This document shows, piece after piece, positions 26,302 to 38,345 of a DNA stretch of 64,000 nt. The stretch is taken from assembly GCF_018977255.1 (NCBI RefSeq), contig NW_024704743.1, positions 4,652,001 to 4,716,000 on the forward strand, in the 5' to 3' direction. This stretch comes from Callorhinchus milii (taxonomy: Eukaryota). The notes under the pieces were generated by a model. The model saw nothing but the letters and a program-made list of their open reading frames with translations. It did not search any database and was not told where the DNA came from. Position 1 is the stretch's first letter. Every line of letters begins with the position of its first letter. A program made the translations under genes and the position numbers.

Positions 26302-26632
26302 TTAATAATAATAATAATAATAATAATCCTTGCATTTGATATAGCGCTTTTCACGTCTTCTAGACATCTCAAAGCGCTTCACAGAATATACTGTAAAGTG
26401 AATTGACTGTATATTTGTGGGCGAACGCGGCAGCCAATTGCGCACAGCAATGTCCCACAAACAGTCGTAGATTGAAAATGACCAATTTATTATTGTTTTT
26501 GGTTTTGGAGGGATTATTATTAGGCTCTGTGTGGAGTAAAGAAACTTGCCCAAGGTTTCGCCCTCTGCCTGGAATTGAACTCAGGTCTCTTGCTTGCAAA
26601 GCGAGTGCTCTAACCACTGAGCTACAGGACTC
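26302..26632 (-). mobile_element. tRNA-Ala SINE, short subtype, full length
   Basis: Head ...gagtgctctaaccactgagctacaggactcc; middle module replaced by cacacagagcctaataataatccc. Confidence 0.92.
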
Positions 26633-28082
26633 CAACTTAACACACTAAAAATTGCACACTGTTGGCTTCACCGTCAATTCTTGGTAAGACTGAAGAGACA
26701 ATTTACTCCAAAAATATTGCTCAGTGATGCTCAAGTTAACTGCGAGCAAGAGAGACTTTGCTACTTGCATTTTGTTCAGTGGATTGTCAGTTCTGTCTCA
26801 CCATTGGCATCTCTTGACCAGATCTAAAGGGATAAAAGAGAAGAGACGATGAAGGCTGAAGGCTCATGTGAAGTATAAGTACCGACATTGACTAGTTGGG
26901 CCGATTGCCCTGTTTCCATGCTGTAACATTGGATGTAGATACAATTCAAGGACAAAGAATCTGTCTGACAGTAGCCAGGAAATTGTGTGGTGTGTATTCC
27001 CGAGATAATAGAGGCAGATAAAATTGTTGTTGTGTGCAAATTGGCCTGCTGCTTTGCCTACAAATGCACAGTCACTACACTTAACAGTAAAATCCTGGGA
27101 AGCCTTTTGAGACATTTGACATTATTAATATAGGCTTGGATATTAATGTAGGCTTGGAATGGTTCCACATCACTGCAAACTCTTCCCAGGGTTACTGGGA
27201 ACTCCTCTGCTCTCCCAGTGATATTCAGACCTCAGTCACGGGTCGTACCACATATATTATATATAACAATAATAATCCTTGCATTTGATATAGCGTCTTA
27301 TCTTGTCTTTGAAACGTCTCAAAGTGCTTTGCGGATGATACCGTAAAGCGAATTGACTCTATTCATTAATTGTGGGAGAAACCTTAAGCTTCGAAAGCGA
27401 ACTAGATAAATATCTAAAAAAGGATGCTGTGGGGAAAAGGGCAGGTAAATGGGACTTCACATGACTCTTAAAATCTGCCAGCACGGATAACATGGGCCGA
27501 ATGGCCTGCTTCTGCGCTGTGAATTTTTATGGCTCCGCATTCTGCTACAAATCAGCGTGTGATTCCATAAGGGAGGTGACTCCTCGAAAGGCATCCGTTC
27601 ACCCGTTTGTCTCCATGGCAACTGAATCCGATAGCGCAGACAGTTCACCTAGAATCTGAGTACACAGGTGCGGAGACGCATGATTTGGCTTTTACTGGGA
27701 TAAATATCTGTGCGGTGTTGTCTTGTGAGCTTCCAGTCGTACCTTAAGACCCCCAATCAGCCAAATGTTAAGCCTCAACGCAAATTATTGATTGTGGTTT
27801 TTTTTTCTGTGGATGATTGGGATGAATACAAATGAGCGAAAAGCCTGCAAGAAACCTATTTTGATTTTCCTATTCGGCTCTCGGCTCATCGCGTACCCTC
27901 TATTGAATTTCCTCCGTTCAGTTTTTTGGAACTGTTCGGTTGGAAAGCAAAATCCCAATTATGTCTCGGCCAACTCCAGGAACTCCGGTCCATCCCGATC
28001 TACATTCAGAGCAGCATTTGCCGATTGCACATAACGCTGATCCCATTCCGGTTCCCGGAAAGAGTGTCCGATTGGATTCTTT

Positions 28083-28457
28083 ATAATAATTATCATAATA
28101 CTGATAACCCTTGCATTTGATATCGCGCCTTATCACGTCTTCGAGACGTCTCAACGCGCTTCACACAATGTACTGTAAAGTGAACCGACTGTATGTATTG
28201 TGGGCGAAACGCGGCAGCCAATTGCGCGCAGCAGCGTCCCACAGTCGTGGGTATAGTGACCAAATTTTTTTTTTAAGGGATTATCACCCCGAGAAAGCGA
28301 TCCGCCAATTGACTTAACAAGCAGTAAACTGGACTAACTAGATAAACTGAGGCGTGTGGAGTAAGGAAACTTGCCTAAGGTTTCGCCCTGCTCGGGAATT
28401 GAACCCGGGTCCTTTCGCTTGCGAGGCGAGCGCTATAACCATTAAGCTACAGGACTC
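28083..28457 (-). mobile_element. tRNA-Ala SINE, long subtype
   Basis: Same head, middle module and tail as the 10893 copy. Confidence 0.9.
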
Positions 28458-28574
28458 TGCAAGGGACTTTATGAAAGAATCCCATGAGAAATTGCTGCAC
28501 ATTTTCCAGTCACCCAGGATTCCTGTAGCGTTCAGTCTCTGGAAGCCTCTGGATAGCAGAAACTGCAGCTGGCA

Positions 28575-29065
28575 CTGCTTGTCGGCCTCCCCAACTCCTC
28601 CCTCCACAGGCTGCAGATCCTCCATCCTCCAGAACTCTGCCGCCCGTGTCCTCTCCCGCACCAGGCTCCGTGACCCTATCACCCCCAACCTTGCCCAACT
28701 CCACTGGCTTCCCATCACACAGAGGATACAGTCCAAGATCCTGGTCCTCACCTTCAAGCCCTCCATGACCTTGCTCCTCCCTGCTTCTGTGAACTCCTAA
28801 CCCCCTATCAACCTGTCCGCTCCCTCCACTCAGCGGGCTCCGGCCTGCTTCACGTCCCCCCGCCTCACCCGCTCCACCATTGACTGGCGGGCCTCTCTGC
28901 CCCCACCCGCTGGAAATTCGTCCCTCTGCCTCGGCCCCCCTCCCTTGCCTCCTTCAAGAACCGTCTCAAGACCCTCCTCTTCGGTGCAGATCCCTGATTG
29001 TCCAGCGCCTTGGGACATCCTCCTGATTTGAAAGGTGCTATACAAGTGTAATTTGTTGTTGGTGT
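28575..29065 (+). mobile_element. L2 3' fragment
   Basis: Encodes ILQNSAARVLSRTRLRDPITPNLAQLHWLPITQRIQSKILVLTFK; tail cagcgccttgggacatcctcctga...ttgttgttg. Confidence 0.9.
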
Positions 29066-29544
29066 TGAGGCCCCATTGATACGCCCCAGTCAGCAACTCC
29101 CATCGCGGGGGCCATTGGCCATTAATGCAGCAGGAAGTAAATCCCAGCTCCTTGATTGAAGGGGAGAACTGTTCAGTGATTCACCCATTTGTTTTGTTAT
29201 CCGTCTATATACGTCCTTGATCACACACATTTATCATTCACAAGGAAATGTTTCCTCAAACGATTGACAGGCTCTCCACACCACAGGCTCCTACATTTTT
29301 TTTACAAGCCTGCTTAGCAGCCAAATGTACCCGTCTCTCCAAAGGTCCCGTCGTTCCTGGTGTTTCGTAAATTCATGATAACAATAATACCCTTTATATT
29401 TGATACTACGCTGATTACGTCAAATGTCTGAAAGCTTTCTGTAAAGTGCGGTGACTGTCTTATTTGTGGGCAAACGCGATGGCCAATGTCCCACAAACAA
29501 GCACGAAATGGATGACTAATTTTACATTAAGAAGAAAAAGAGTC

Positions 29545-29898
29545 CTTTCATTTGATATAGCGCCTTATCACGTCGTTGAGACGCCTCAAAGCGCTTCACA
29601 GAACATATACTGTGAAGTGAATTGACTATATTTTGTGGGCGAAATGCAGTCGACAATTGCGCGCGGCAGTGTCCCACAAACAGTTGCGGATTAAATGATC
29701 AAATTATTATTAGTTTTTTTTTTGGAAGGGTTTATCACCCCCAGAAAGTGATCGTCCAACCGACTAACAGTTGGGTTCTGACTTACTGCTGGATAAACAG
29801 AGGCGTGCGGAGTAAGGAAACTTACCCTGACCGTGAATCAAACCCCAATCCTCTCGCTTGCAAGTCGAGTGCTCTAACCACTCGACCACAGGACTCCA
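29545..29898 (-). mobile_element. tRNA-Ala SINE, long subtype
   Basis: Tail through gagtgctctaaccactcgaccacaggactcc. Confidence 0.88.
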
Positions 29899-30205
29899 CA
29901 ATCTGGAGGATTTTTGGCCATAACACCGGGAGAAACTCCTTTCCCTTTTCAAATAGTGTTATGGCTCTTTAATATTTGTCCACTTGAAAGGGACATCAGT
30001 TTGACATTTCCATCAGTTGGATGGCAAAACAGCACTTCCTCAGATATCGAGCTCATGCTCCTGGTGTAGGATTTGAACCCACAATCTACTGATCCAGAAT
30101 CGAGGGTGCTACCAACTGGACCTGATATTCTTTGCGAGATTTTGCCATGTCAAGCTTTGCTCCCACGTTTGCCTACAAAAACGGTGACCACACGTTTGAT
30201 TAGTC

Positions 30206-30612
30206 TGTCAGCCAGGCTCAGTTGGTAGCACTCTCCAACCTCTGAGTCAGAAGGTTGTGGGTTAAAGCCCCAAGACAGGACTTGGAACTCTTATCGTCTA
30301 AGCTGACACTCCAATGCAGTGCTGGAGGAGTGCTGACATTGTTGGAGGTGCCGCCCTTCGGACAAGACCTTAAACCGAGGCCCAGTCTTCCTGTTCGAAA
30401 AGAAAAGGAAGTTTCTCCTGTTGTCTTGGCCAACAATCCCACAAATAAAATTGGTCACTGACCTCCATGGCCGTTTGTGGGATATTGCGGTGTGCGAATT
30501 GGCTGCTGCGTTCGCCCACAAAATACACAGTCACTACACTTTTACAGCTAATCCTGTGACGTATCGGCGATGTGATAAGGTGCTGTATCAAATGCAAGGA
30601 TTATTATTATTA
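30206..30612 (+). mobile_element. Deu-domain SINE
   Basis: gtcagccaggctcagttggtagcactc...ctgagtcagaaggttgtggg...taaaccgaggccc...gcaaggattattatt. Confidence 0.85.
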
Positions 30613-32081
30613 CAGTATAACCTGCGAAGCGCTTTGAGACATCTCGGTTGAGTGATAAGGCCTGCGATATCAAATGCAAGGATTATTATTAAGAGTCCGT
30701 AGGTTATAGGTCTGTCACAGCTGCTGGGTCCTGTCCTGCTGCTCACTGCCCGAGGAAGGATGGGGCATTGGGACACTGTCACGACACTGTCTCATGTCTT
30801 CGCTCTCAAAATAGCTCCCAAATTGCCGCATGTTTATTTGCAAATGCATCTACTTGATGAATGATAGCATGATTGCTTCACAGCATCTTCCAAAGAGAAA
30901 GTGCTGTCCCTTTATGTGTGCAATAATTAGGATTTGGGATTTACAAGCCGTCGGTACAATCATTCCGTTCTTATGGCAATTAGTGCTTTAAACAAGCTGT
31001 CGCAGTGCTAAGTAAATGTCAGTTTCCATTTGCCTTTCTCACGAGGGAGGAAAATATCTTAATGTATAATTCATCATCAAACACGTATTTTTTTAAAAAT
31101 AAGAAAGAACAATGAAAAAATCTTCGGTTGACACAGAGGTCTGTGACCTATGATTTTCACTAATTGGCACTGAGGAAGGCAGGAATTTGCTTGATGAAAT
31201 TGGCATCTATGACGATTGTAATCTTTTCAAGGTACTTTTAATGACATTCGGAGCAGAAATCTGATTTAAATTTTCTTTGCTGCTCATAATGCGTTTCTCC
31301 CCCCACCCCCCGTCAAAATTATATCTCTCGAAGATGTTACTTTTCCAATGATATGGCTTCAGAATGACCGAAAGTCAGCGTTGAGTAGAAGATGACAGAT
31401 GTGCTCCAACAACAACAGCTTGCATTTATACACGTAGGGTAGTGTCTCAGAGCACTCGACAGTGGCGGAGTCTTGAATTTATAGTTAACTGGATAATATC
31501 TCGAGGCCATATGGAGCAGCCAGCATTAATGTGAAAAAAACAAGAGCTCATGCACATCAGGGTCTCTTTTCAAACGTACTCCTAATGACTTGGATGAGAA
31601 ATGAGTTCAGGTTCCGACAGATAAACAGCCGATCAATAATTTACAAGTTAGAAGTTAATACCAGTCAAATTATAATTTGTAACACTGCATGCATTTGATA
31701 CAGCGCCTTACCACGTCTTCGAGACGTCTCAAAGCGCTTCCCAGTATACACTGTAAAGTGAATTGACGGTCTATTTTGTGGGCGAAACGCGGCGCTCAGC
31801 GGCGTCCCGCAAACAGTCGCGGGTTGAGTGACCGAATTATTTTTGTTAAGGGATTATTATCCATTCATTATAAATGTCCATACTTGGGTGGTGCTGCCCA
31901 CGAGGAACTCTCCACTTGTTTAGATAACCTTAAACACGGTAATGGGTATCTGCACGGGTCAGATATCTGGCCCATTCCCCCGCTCGCTCCCCTACGATTA
32001 GTTCCGGATTTAGTATGGGATGATTCTGCGAGTTGGTTTCTCTGCAATGTTGTCAACACGTGTCCTATTTCCTCTTCCCAG

Positions 32082-32207
32082 ATGTACATACAGAGGCAGT
32101 GCAGGCCGCTCTCGCCAAACATAAAGAGAGGAAGATGGCAGTCCCCATGCCATCTAAACGACGTTCCCTGGTGGTACAGACCTCAATGGATGCCTACACA
32201 CCTCCAG
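32082..32207 (+). CDS. DIP2C: DIP2C coding exon (exon 4 equivalent), 126 nt: (D)VHTEAVQAALAKHKERKMAVPMPSKRRSLVVQTSMDAYTPP
   Basis: Acceptor cctcttcccag|AT, donor CCAG|gtaaat; within ORF 32033..32266. Confidence 0.98.
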
Positions 32208-32420
32208 GTAAATTGAAGCAAGTAAATGCTATCTCAGGGTTATTGTGGGGTAAAACCTGGGTATAGATTTATTCTTTATCGACAGCATTTCAGAGCTTTT
32301 CTAGAACTTGGCAACTTGGCAAATACAGCCTTAATTTTGACGGCATATTTCTATAAGAGTTGCAAGAGAAAACGCTTTCGAAGTTGAGACACGATTTGCC
32401 AATCCTGGATGCTCTGAAAC

Positions 32421-32797
32421 AATAATAATAATAATCCCTGCATTTGATACAGCGCCTTATGTCTTCAAGACGTCTCGAAATGCTTCACAGAATATACAGT
32501 AAAGAGAATTGACTGTATATTTTGTGGGTGAAACGCGGCAGCCAATAGCGCACAGCAGCGTCCCGCAAACACTTGAGGGTTGAGTAACCAATTTATTTAT
32601 TATTATTTTTTTTAAGGAATTATTACCCCCGGAAAAGCAATCTGCCAATCGACTTAACAGCCAGGTTCCTACTTACTGCTGGGAAAACAGAGGCGTGTGG
32701 AGTAAGGAAACTTGCCCAACGTTTCGCCCTGCCCGGGAATCGAACCCAAGTCTCTCGCTTGAGAGGCGAGTGCTCTAACCACTGAGCTACAGGACTC
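32421..32797 (-). mobile_element. tRNA-Ala SINE, long subtype, full length
   Basis: Complete head, middle module and tail. Confidence 0.93.
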
Positions 32798-33522
32798 CAC
32801 ATTAACGCTAGATTAATAGTGTAAATCCAGCCCAGGTAGAAGCTTAACCCATTGATGCCTATGTTTTTTTTAATGATATTCACAGACTAGATTCATTATG
32901 TTAACTGAACAAATCAAATGCAAATAGTTGGATCTCAATGAACCACAACCCTAACTGGATTGGATACTCTTAAACACAGTGATGGGTTTCGGCAAATGTC
33001 TGTGCTGTGAACGACTCTCCCGCAAATGTTGTGCGAACATTTTCAAAAAAAACAGTTTCGACAATGTTTGCAAGATCCCAATTCAAAATCACTCATTGCG
33101 AAATGTGGTGAATTTGTAATTTCTCTGGCCGGTTGTGATAACACACATTATTTCAGGCTGTCGGAGATAACTGGAGCTCGTGATTCTGTCTTAAATCCTT
33201 ACCGTTTCCAAACGAGAGTGATCGAAACTCCTCAGAATAGGGAAAGTCACTGGAGACTTCCTACCTGCCGCATTGATATGAGCCTCTTTCCACCAGAATA
33301 ACTCGCCTACAATTGAAAGAATTGGAAACCGGTTTCATTGCAAGACCTGAAAGGTTAACTTACATTAAATGCCAAAATGAAAATTGATTTCTGAATCTAC
33401 TTGTTGCTGATATAACCACATGCTCTCCAGGAACGCATTCCTGCTTCGGAGAACCAGAAAACTCCAGATACTTCAGTGAAAATATTTCTGAAGCTTTCAG
33501 TTCTTTCTTTTCACTCTCATTT

Positions 33523-33557
<35 letters not shown>

Positions 33558-33644
33558 TTTTCCCACCACCGATTTTATGATGATATATTTTGCTTGTAGG
33601 AAGGTGCAGGGCCAGAAAGGAGCTCATCTTAAAGCTCAAATGTG

Positions 33645-34053
33645 CCAGCCTAGCTCAGTAGCTAGGGCTCTTGCCTCTGAATCAGTAGGCTTGTGGGTTC
33701 AAGCCCCACGTCAGGATTTGGGACTCATATAGCTTAAGCTGACGTTCCAAAGTGATACTGAGCGAGTGCTGGAGGCGCCGTGAATTCAATGAATTGTCAA
33801 ACCGAGGTCCCGTCTGTCCTGTTCAGGTGGACGTTAAATATCCTGTGGCGCTATTCGAAAAGAGGATGGAGTTCCTCCCGAAGTCCTGGCCAACAATCCC
33901 CCGAATAAGATTGGTCATTGACTCCATGCTTGGCTGTGGGATATTGCTGTGTGCGAATTGTCTGATGCATTTGCCCACAAATCGGGCAGTCACTGCACTT
34001 TACAGAAAATCCTGACGTGAAAGGCGCTATACCAAAATATAAGGATTATTATT
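33645..34053 (+). mobile_element. Deu-domain SINE
   Basis: Well-preserved Deu core aaaccgaggtcccgtctgtcctgttcaggtggacgttaaatatcctgtggcgctattcgaa. Confidence 0.85.
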
Positions 34054-37000
34054 AAAATGGAGCAAGCTTTTCCGTATCTCTCAACCCCCCCTCCAAATGA
34101 TTCCTCCACGGGGTATCTGCTCAATTTTGCATTGAATGTAACCCCCTCCACCCCATCCATCTCCACTGGACAGTTTGATCCATATACTTACAACTCTCTG
34201 TAATAAGATACCGACTCAAAATCGTCTGTATGGTATCCACCCGTCTCATCAGTGGAACTCTCTCCTTTGGATCAGAAGGTTTGTAGGTTTAAGATGCGAG
34301 TTGAGTTCAAACTTTACGCACATAATCTGGGCAGGTATTTCACTGCAGTGCTAGGAGATTGGTACTTTGTTGGCCACCCACCCTTTCATCTGTGCCACTC
34401 TTCAGATGAAATGTCCCCAATCTGCCTGTTCGGGTGGACATTAAAGATCGCGTGGTACTGTTCGAAGTTTCTCCTGGTGTCCTGGCCAACAGTCACCCAA
34501 ATGAAATTGGTTATTTACTTCTTGGTTGTTTGTGGGACACCACTGTGTGCAAATTGTCTTTCAAATTTCTTTTAAATTGACACAGATCTTTGCTACGTAC
34601 GTAGCCTCAGGCTTGTTCAGTCCCAAGTTAGCTCTTAATTTCTCTCTCTTAGTTTGAGAACATCACTAATAATAATAATAATCCTGGCATTTGGTATTGC
34701 GCCTTATTACGTTGTTGAGACGTCTGAAAGAGCTTCACAGAATATATTGTAAAGTGCATATATAAATCTAATATAAATACAATATAACGTTAAGTCTAAT
34801 GTCCCAGAAACAACCAATTTTACCTGACCGAAATGAGACTGTTTTCACATTTTTTATTTTGAGTCCGTAAGCTTTCCTCCAGACCTATCTCAGCTGTAGT
34901 AAAGTAAATGTATAGTCATGCTTTTACTGATACTAGGGATGAAGCTTTCCAAGGCGCTACCTTGCGTGAAAGGTACAGTATAAATGTAACTTATCGTTGT
35001 ATATTATTGTGGATATTTTTATTATTTAAGTTGTTGTTGTTCCGTTGCTGCTCTCTGTGCGAAACTAGAGATCGGGAGAGAGGATCTTCTGCTCGCAGAG
35101 CAAGCGTACACAGAACTCACTTTTGTCAAAAAGCAAGGAAATTTGCGGCTGAAAGCAGAGATAGCGGAAAAGAAAAGAATGTTTAAGCCAAAGGACAATG
35201 CTCCCCGTCGTACCTGGTGTCCAGTCTGCCCTCGTCGAGCCATTCTACAGGGATCTGAAGCGAGCTTTTCACCAGTACTTAACCATGAACCAGCACAACA
35301 ACAACAAACTGCATTTAACACAGTGCCTTTCAAACCCTTCACTGTCCAGCACCTTGGGACGTCCTCTTGACGTGAAAAGCGTCACATAAATGCAATTTGT
35401 TCTTGTTGTTCTTGTTGTCATTAACCTAATCTGACGTGATGCACAATAAGGAGTTGTCTGCTATTCAGGCCACTGACTATAACTGACCTTCATAAATCAA
35501 GCCAGCTCACCTGTAGCATTGACGTATTGTCCCACAGTTCTTCAATGTAGAGCCACTACTTCAGGGCTGATTTGTTTCCACAGAGTGAGCCATGAAGACG
35601 GTTTAGTGGAGAGTTTAAAAAAATATCTTCTGGCTTACAAGGATAGCTTTGGATTGCAAATGAGATGCAAACTTGAAGGAATGGAAATCCATTTTCCTGC
35701 GACTGAGAGAAGAGAGAGTTGTGGCCCTGCCTCTTACAATAGATTTATCCCATTTAGTCACTGATACCCACCCCTCCCAAATGAATAAGCAATTGACGTG
35801 GGCAGATTTGAGGACTGAACCAGACAAGCATTCAGCGCAGTGTCAGGCTTTTGAGAGGACACGTGCTGCAGAGTTCTGGATGATCTGCAGTCTGTGGAGG
35901 GAGGAGTTGGGGAGTCCGACAAGCAGGGGGTTGCAGTAAAGTGGATCGACTGTATATTTTTGTGGGGTGAAACGCGGCAGCCAATTGCACACAGCAGAGT
36001 CCCACAAACAGTCATGAAGTGAGTGACCGCATTTTTTTTTCGAAGGGAATATTACTGCAGGAAAGCAATCCTCCGATCAACTGACGACCAGGTATTATTA
36101 TTAAACAGCATTAAACGGTATCGTGTGGCAATTAATCCCCCGTTGTGAGCAGCTACCAACTTTTTAAAAAATCGTTCAATTCTTGCGTCAGCAACATTGG
36201 TAAAATATTTGAAGCTAATCTCTCCTCACCTCTGCACAGCCAGATGTGATGCTCCCAACTGCAAGAGGGTGGGATAACATTACTCCTGGCTCACTGCTGA
36301 ATATAAATAACAATTGCAGCCCAGTGAGTGTCCAACTAAGACCACACTACTCATGAGGCTTTTGCCTCACAGATCAAGGACATATCTACACACTTAACCT
36401 CCACCCCCATATTGCAAGCTATAAACTGCTCAACAATCAACAGTGCTGTGGATCGGTGCAGCCTGGTTTTTTTTTGGCGAGTGGATCTCCGCAGACCTCC
36501 CTCCCTCCCTCCCCTCCACCACCCATGGAGAACCAGGAGAAAATATTGTTGTTATTTTCTGCGTGTCACAGTTATAGCGGGCCCATTGGGATTGGATGTT
36601 AAGCCTGTTGCGGTTTGGACCCAAGTGTGAATTGTATTTCAGCCTCTGCATCGGCTCCAGTCTACGCTGAGACAGGATAGGACCACAAAAATAGGCGTTT
36701 GAAAGCCGTGCCTTAAGAATGCTCGAAAACACCCCCCCTTTTTTTTAAATCCCCCCCCCCCACTCCTCAATTTACGAACAACAGCAAATTGCATTTGCAT
36801 AGCGCCTTTGACGTCGGGAGGACGTCCCAAGGCGCTGAACAAAATATAGCACGTACAGATCGTTCCTCAGGGAACCCGGTAAGTGGCCAACTTCAAGCAG
36901 AGTTTTGACTTTCCTCTGTTCTCAGCTTTGCCCACCCCCCAACTCCCCCACCCCCCCTACTGATGCCTTTCAATAAAAAGTGCAGGTTAAAACCCTCTCT

Positions 37001-37109
37001 GGCTTTGCCCGGTTCTGCGTCCCAGCTCGGTTACCCACTTGTGGCAACCTCTTCTTCCGTAGGTGAGAGAGATGTCGCCGGAAAGCAAAACACTGTGCTG
37101 GTTTTTTGA

Positions 37110-37405
37110 AGAAAACTCAAAATACTGAAATCCGAAAACAAAAGCAGAAGCCGCTCGGGAGGCTCGGCAGGGTCAGGCAGCATCTATGGAGAGAGGAAAG
37201 CGAGTCAACCTCTACCCCATTTTCTCCTTTGTCTCCCTTACCCTGCCTCCTCCCCCACCTTCCCCCCCCCCCCCCACCGCCCCCGCCTCTCTGTTAGCCC
37301 TCAATAGCCTCTCCCTCCCAACGTGCCCCAAGTCTCACTTTCCTCTCTCCGTAGATGCTGCCTAACCCGCTGAGTGCTCCCGACGAACTTCTGTTTTTGT
37401 TTGGT
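37110..37405. mobile_element. Palindromic Penelope-type repeat remnant (hammerhead cores lost)
   Basis: Arm ggtcaggcagcatctatggagagaggaaagcgag is inverted relative to ctcactttcctctctccgtagatgctgcctaacc; same family as 59391-59642. Confidence 0.7.
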
Positions 37406-37644
37406 GTTTTTTTTTGTGGGGCGGGTTTTCTTGAAAGCCGGCCAGGCCTTTGAGCTATTTGACAAGGGGCAAGTGGGTAACCGTTTCTCATTTGCATTCT
37501 CCACCGCAGCGATTCCAAAACCCTCCTGGGCGAACGGATGAACCAAGAGGAACCCAAATGGAAGCAGGATGTTTCCCCCCTTTTCACCGTAAACACGGAT
37601 GTTTTTAAGCAAAGAAGCCACAGCGAGCCTGACGCACTCGTTTG

Positions 37645-37687
37645 TTTTTCTTCTTCTTCTTCTTCTCCTTCTCCTGCTTCTTCTTCC
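37645..37687 (+). repeat. (CTT)n microsatellite forming the polypyrimidine tract of exon 5
   Basis: Directly visible immediately upstream of the AG at 37688-37689. Confidence 0.9.
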
Positions 37688-37689
37688 AG

Positions 37690-37902
37690 ATACCTCTTCT
37701 GGGTCAGAAGATGAGGGATCGGGCCAAGGCGATTCCCAGGGAACCCCTTCTTCCAGCCAGGGCAGCCTGAACATGGAACACTGGATCAGTCGGGCCATAC
37801 ACGGCTCAACCACCTCCTCCACCACCTCCTCCTCTTCCACGCGCAGCGGGGGGAGCAGTGCTGCTAACGCACTGGCCGACGTCATGACGCAGACCCACAT
37901 TG
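37690..37902 (+). CDS. DIP2C: DIP2C coding exon (exon 5 equivalent), 213 nt, Ser/Thr-rich: (D)TSSGSEDEGSGQGDSQGTPSSSQGSLNMEHWISRAIHGSTTSSTTSSSSTRSGGSSAANALADVMTQTHI
   Basis: Acceptor ttcttccag|AT after a (CTT)n tract, donor ATTG|gttggt; within ORF 37599..37961. Confidence 0.96.
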
Positions 37903-38159
37903 GTTGGTACAATCTCTGGTGTTTCGCGCCTCGTTGGTTTGCTCGCCGTAGCTCTCTTTAAGGCCATGTTTCGAAATGAATCCTTGTTGGGTTTTTTTTC
38001 TCACTCACTTTTTTTGGGGGTGGGTGGGGTGGGTGGGTGGGTGGGTTGGGGGGCGTTTTTAAGGCACAGCCCAGGTAAGGAGCGTTTGCGTTACGTTACC
38101 GTCAAAGGCTACGTGCCGGTTGTTGATACGTTTTAGTCTTGTTTTTTTGATAAGGAACG

Positions 38160-38345
38160 TTCGCTCGCTCGCTCACACGTACACATACTCACTCACTCAC
38201 TAACGCTCACACACACACTCATACACACTCACACCCACTCACTCACTCATGCACTCACTCACTAACGCACACACACTCATACACACGCATACACCCACTC
38301 ACTCACTCACTCACTCACTCACTCACTCACTCACTCACTCACTCC
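38160..38345. repeat. Compound (TCGC)/(CA)/(TCAC)n microsatellite
   Basis: Directly visible. Confidence 0.92.

Noticed and set aside
37301..37912. 203-aa minus-strand ORF
   Set aside because: Antisense shadow of DIP2C exon 5 plus the (CTT)n tract (poly-Arg) and a repeat.
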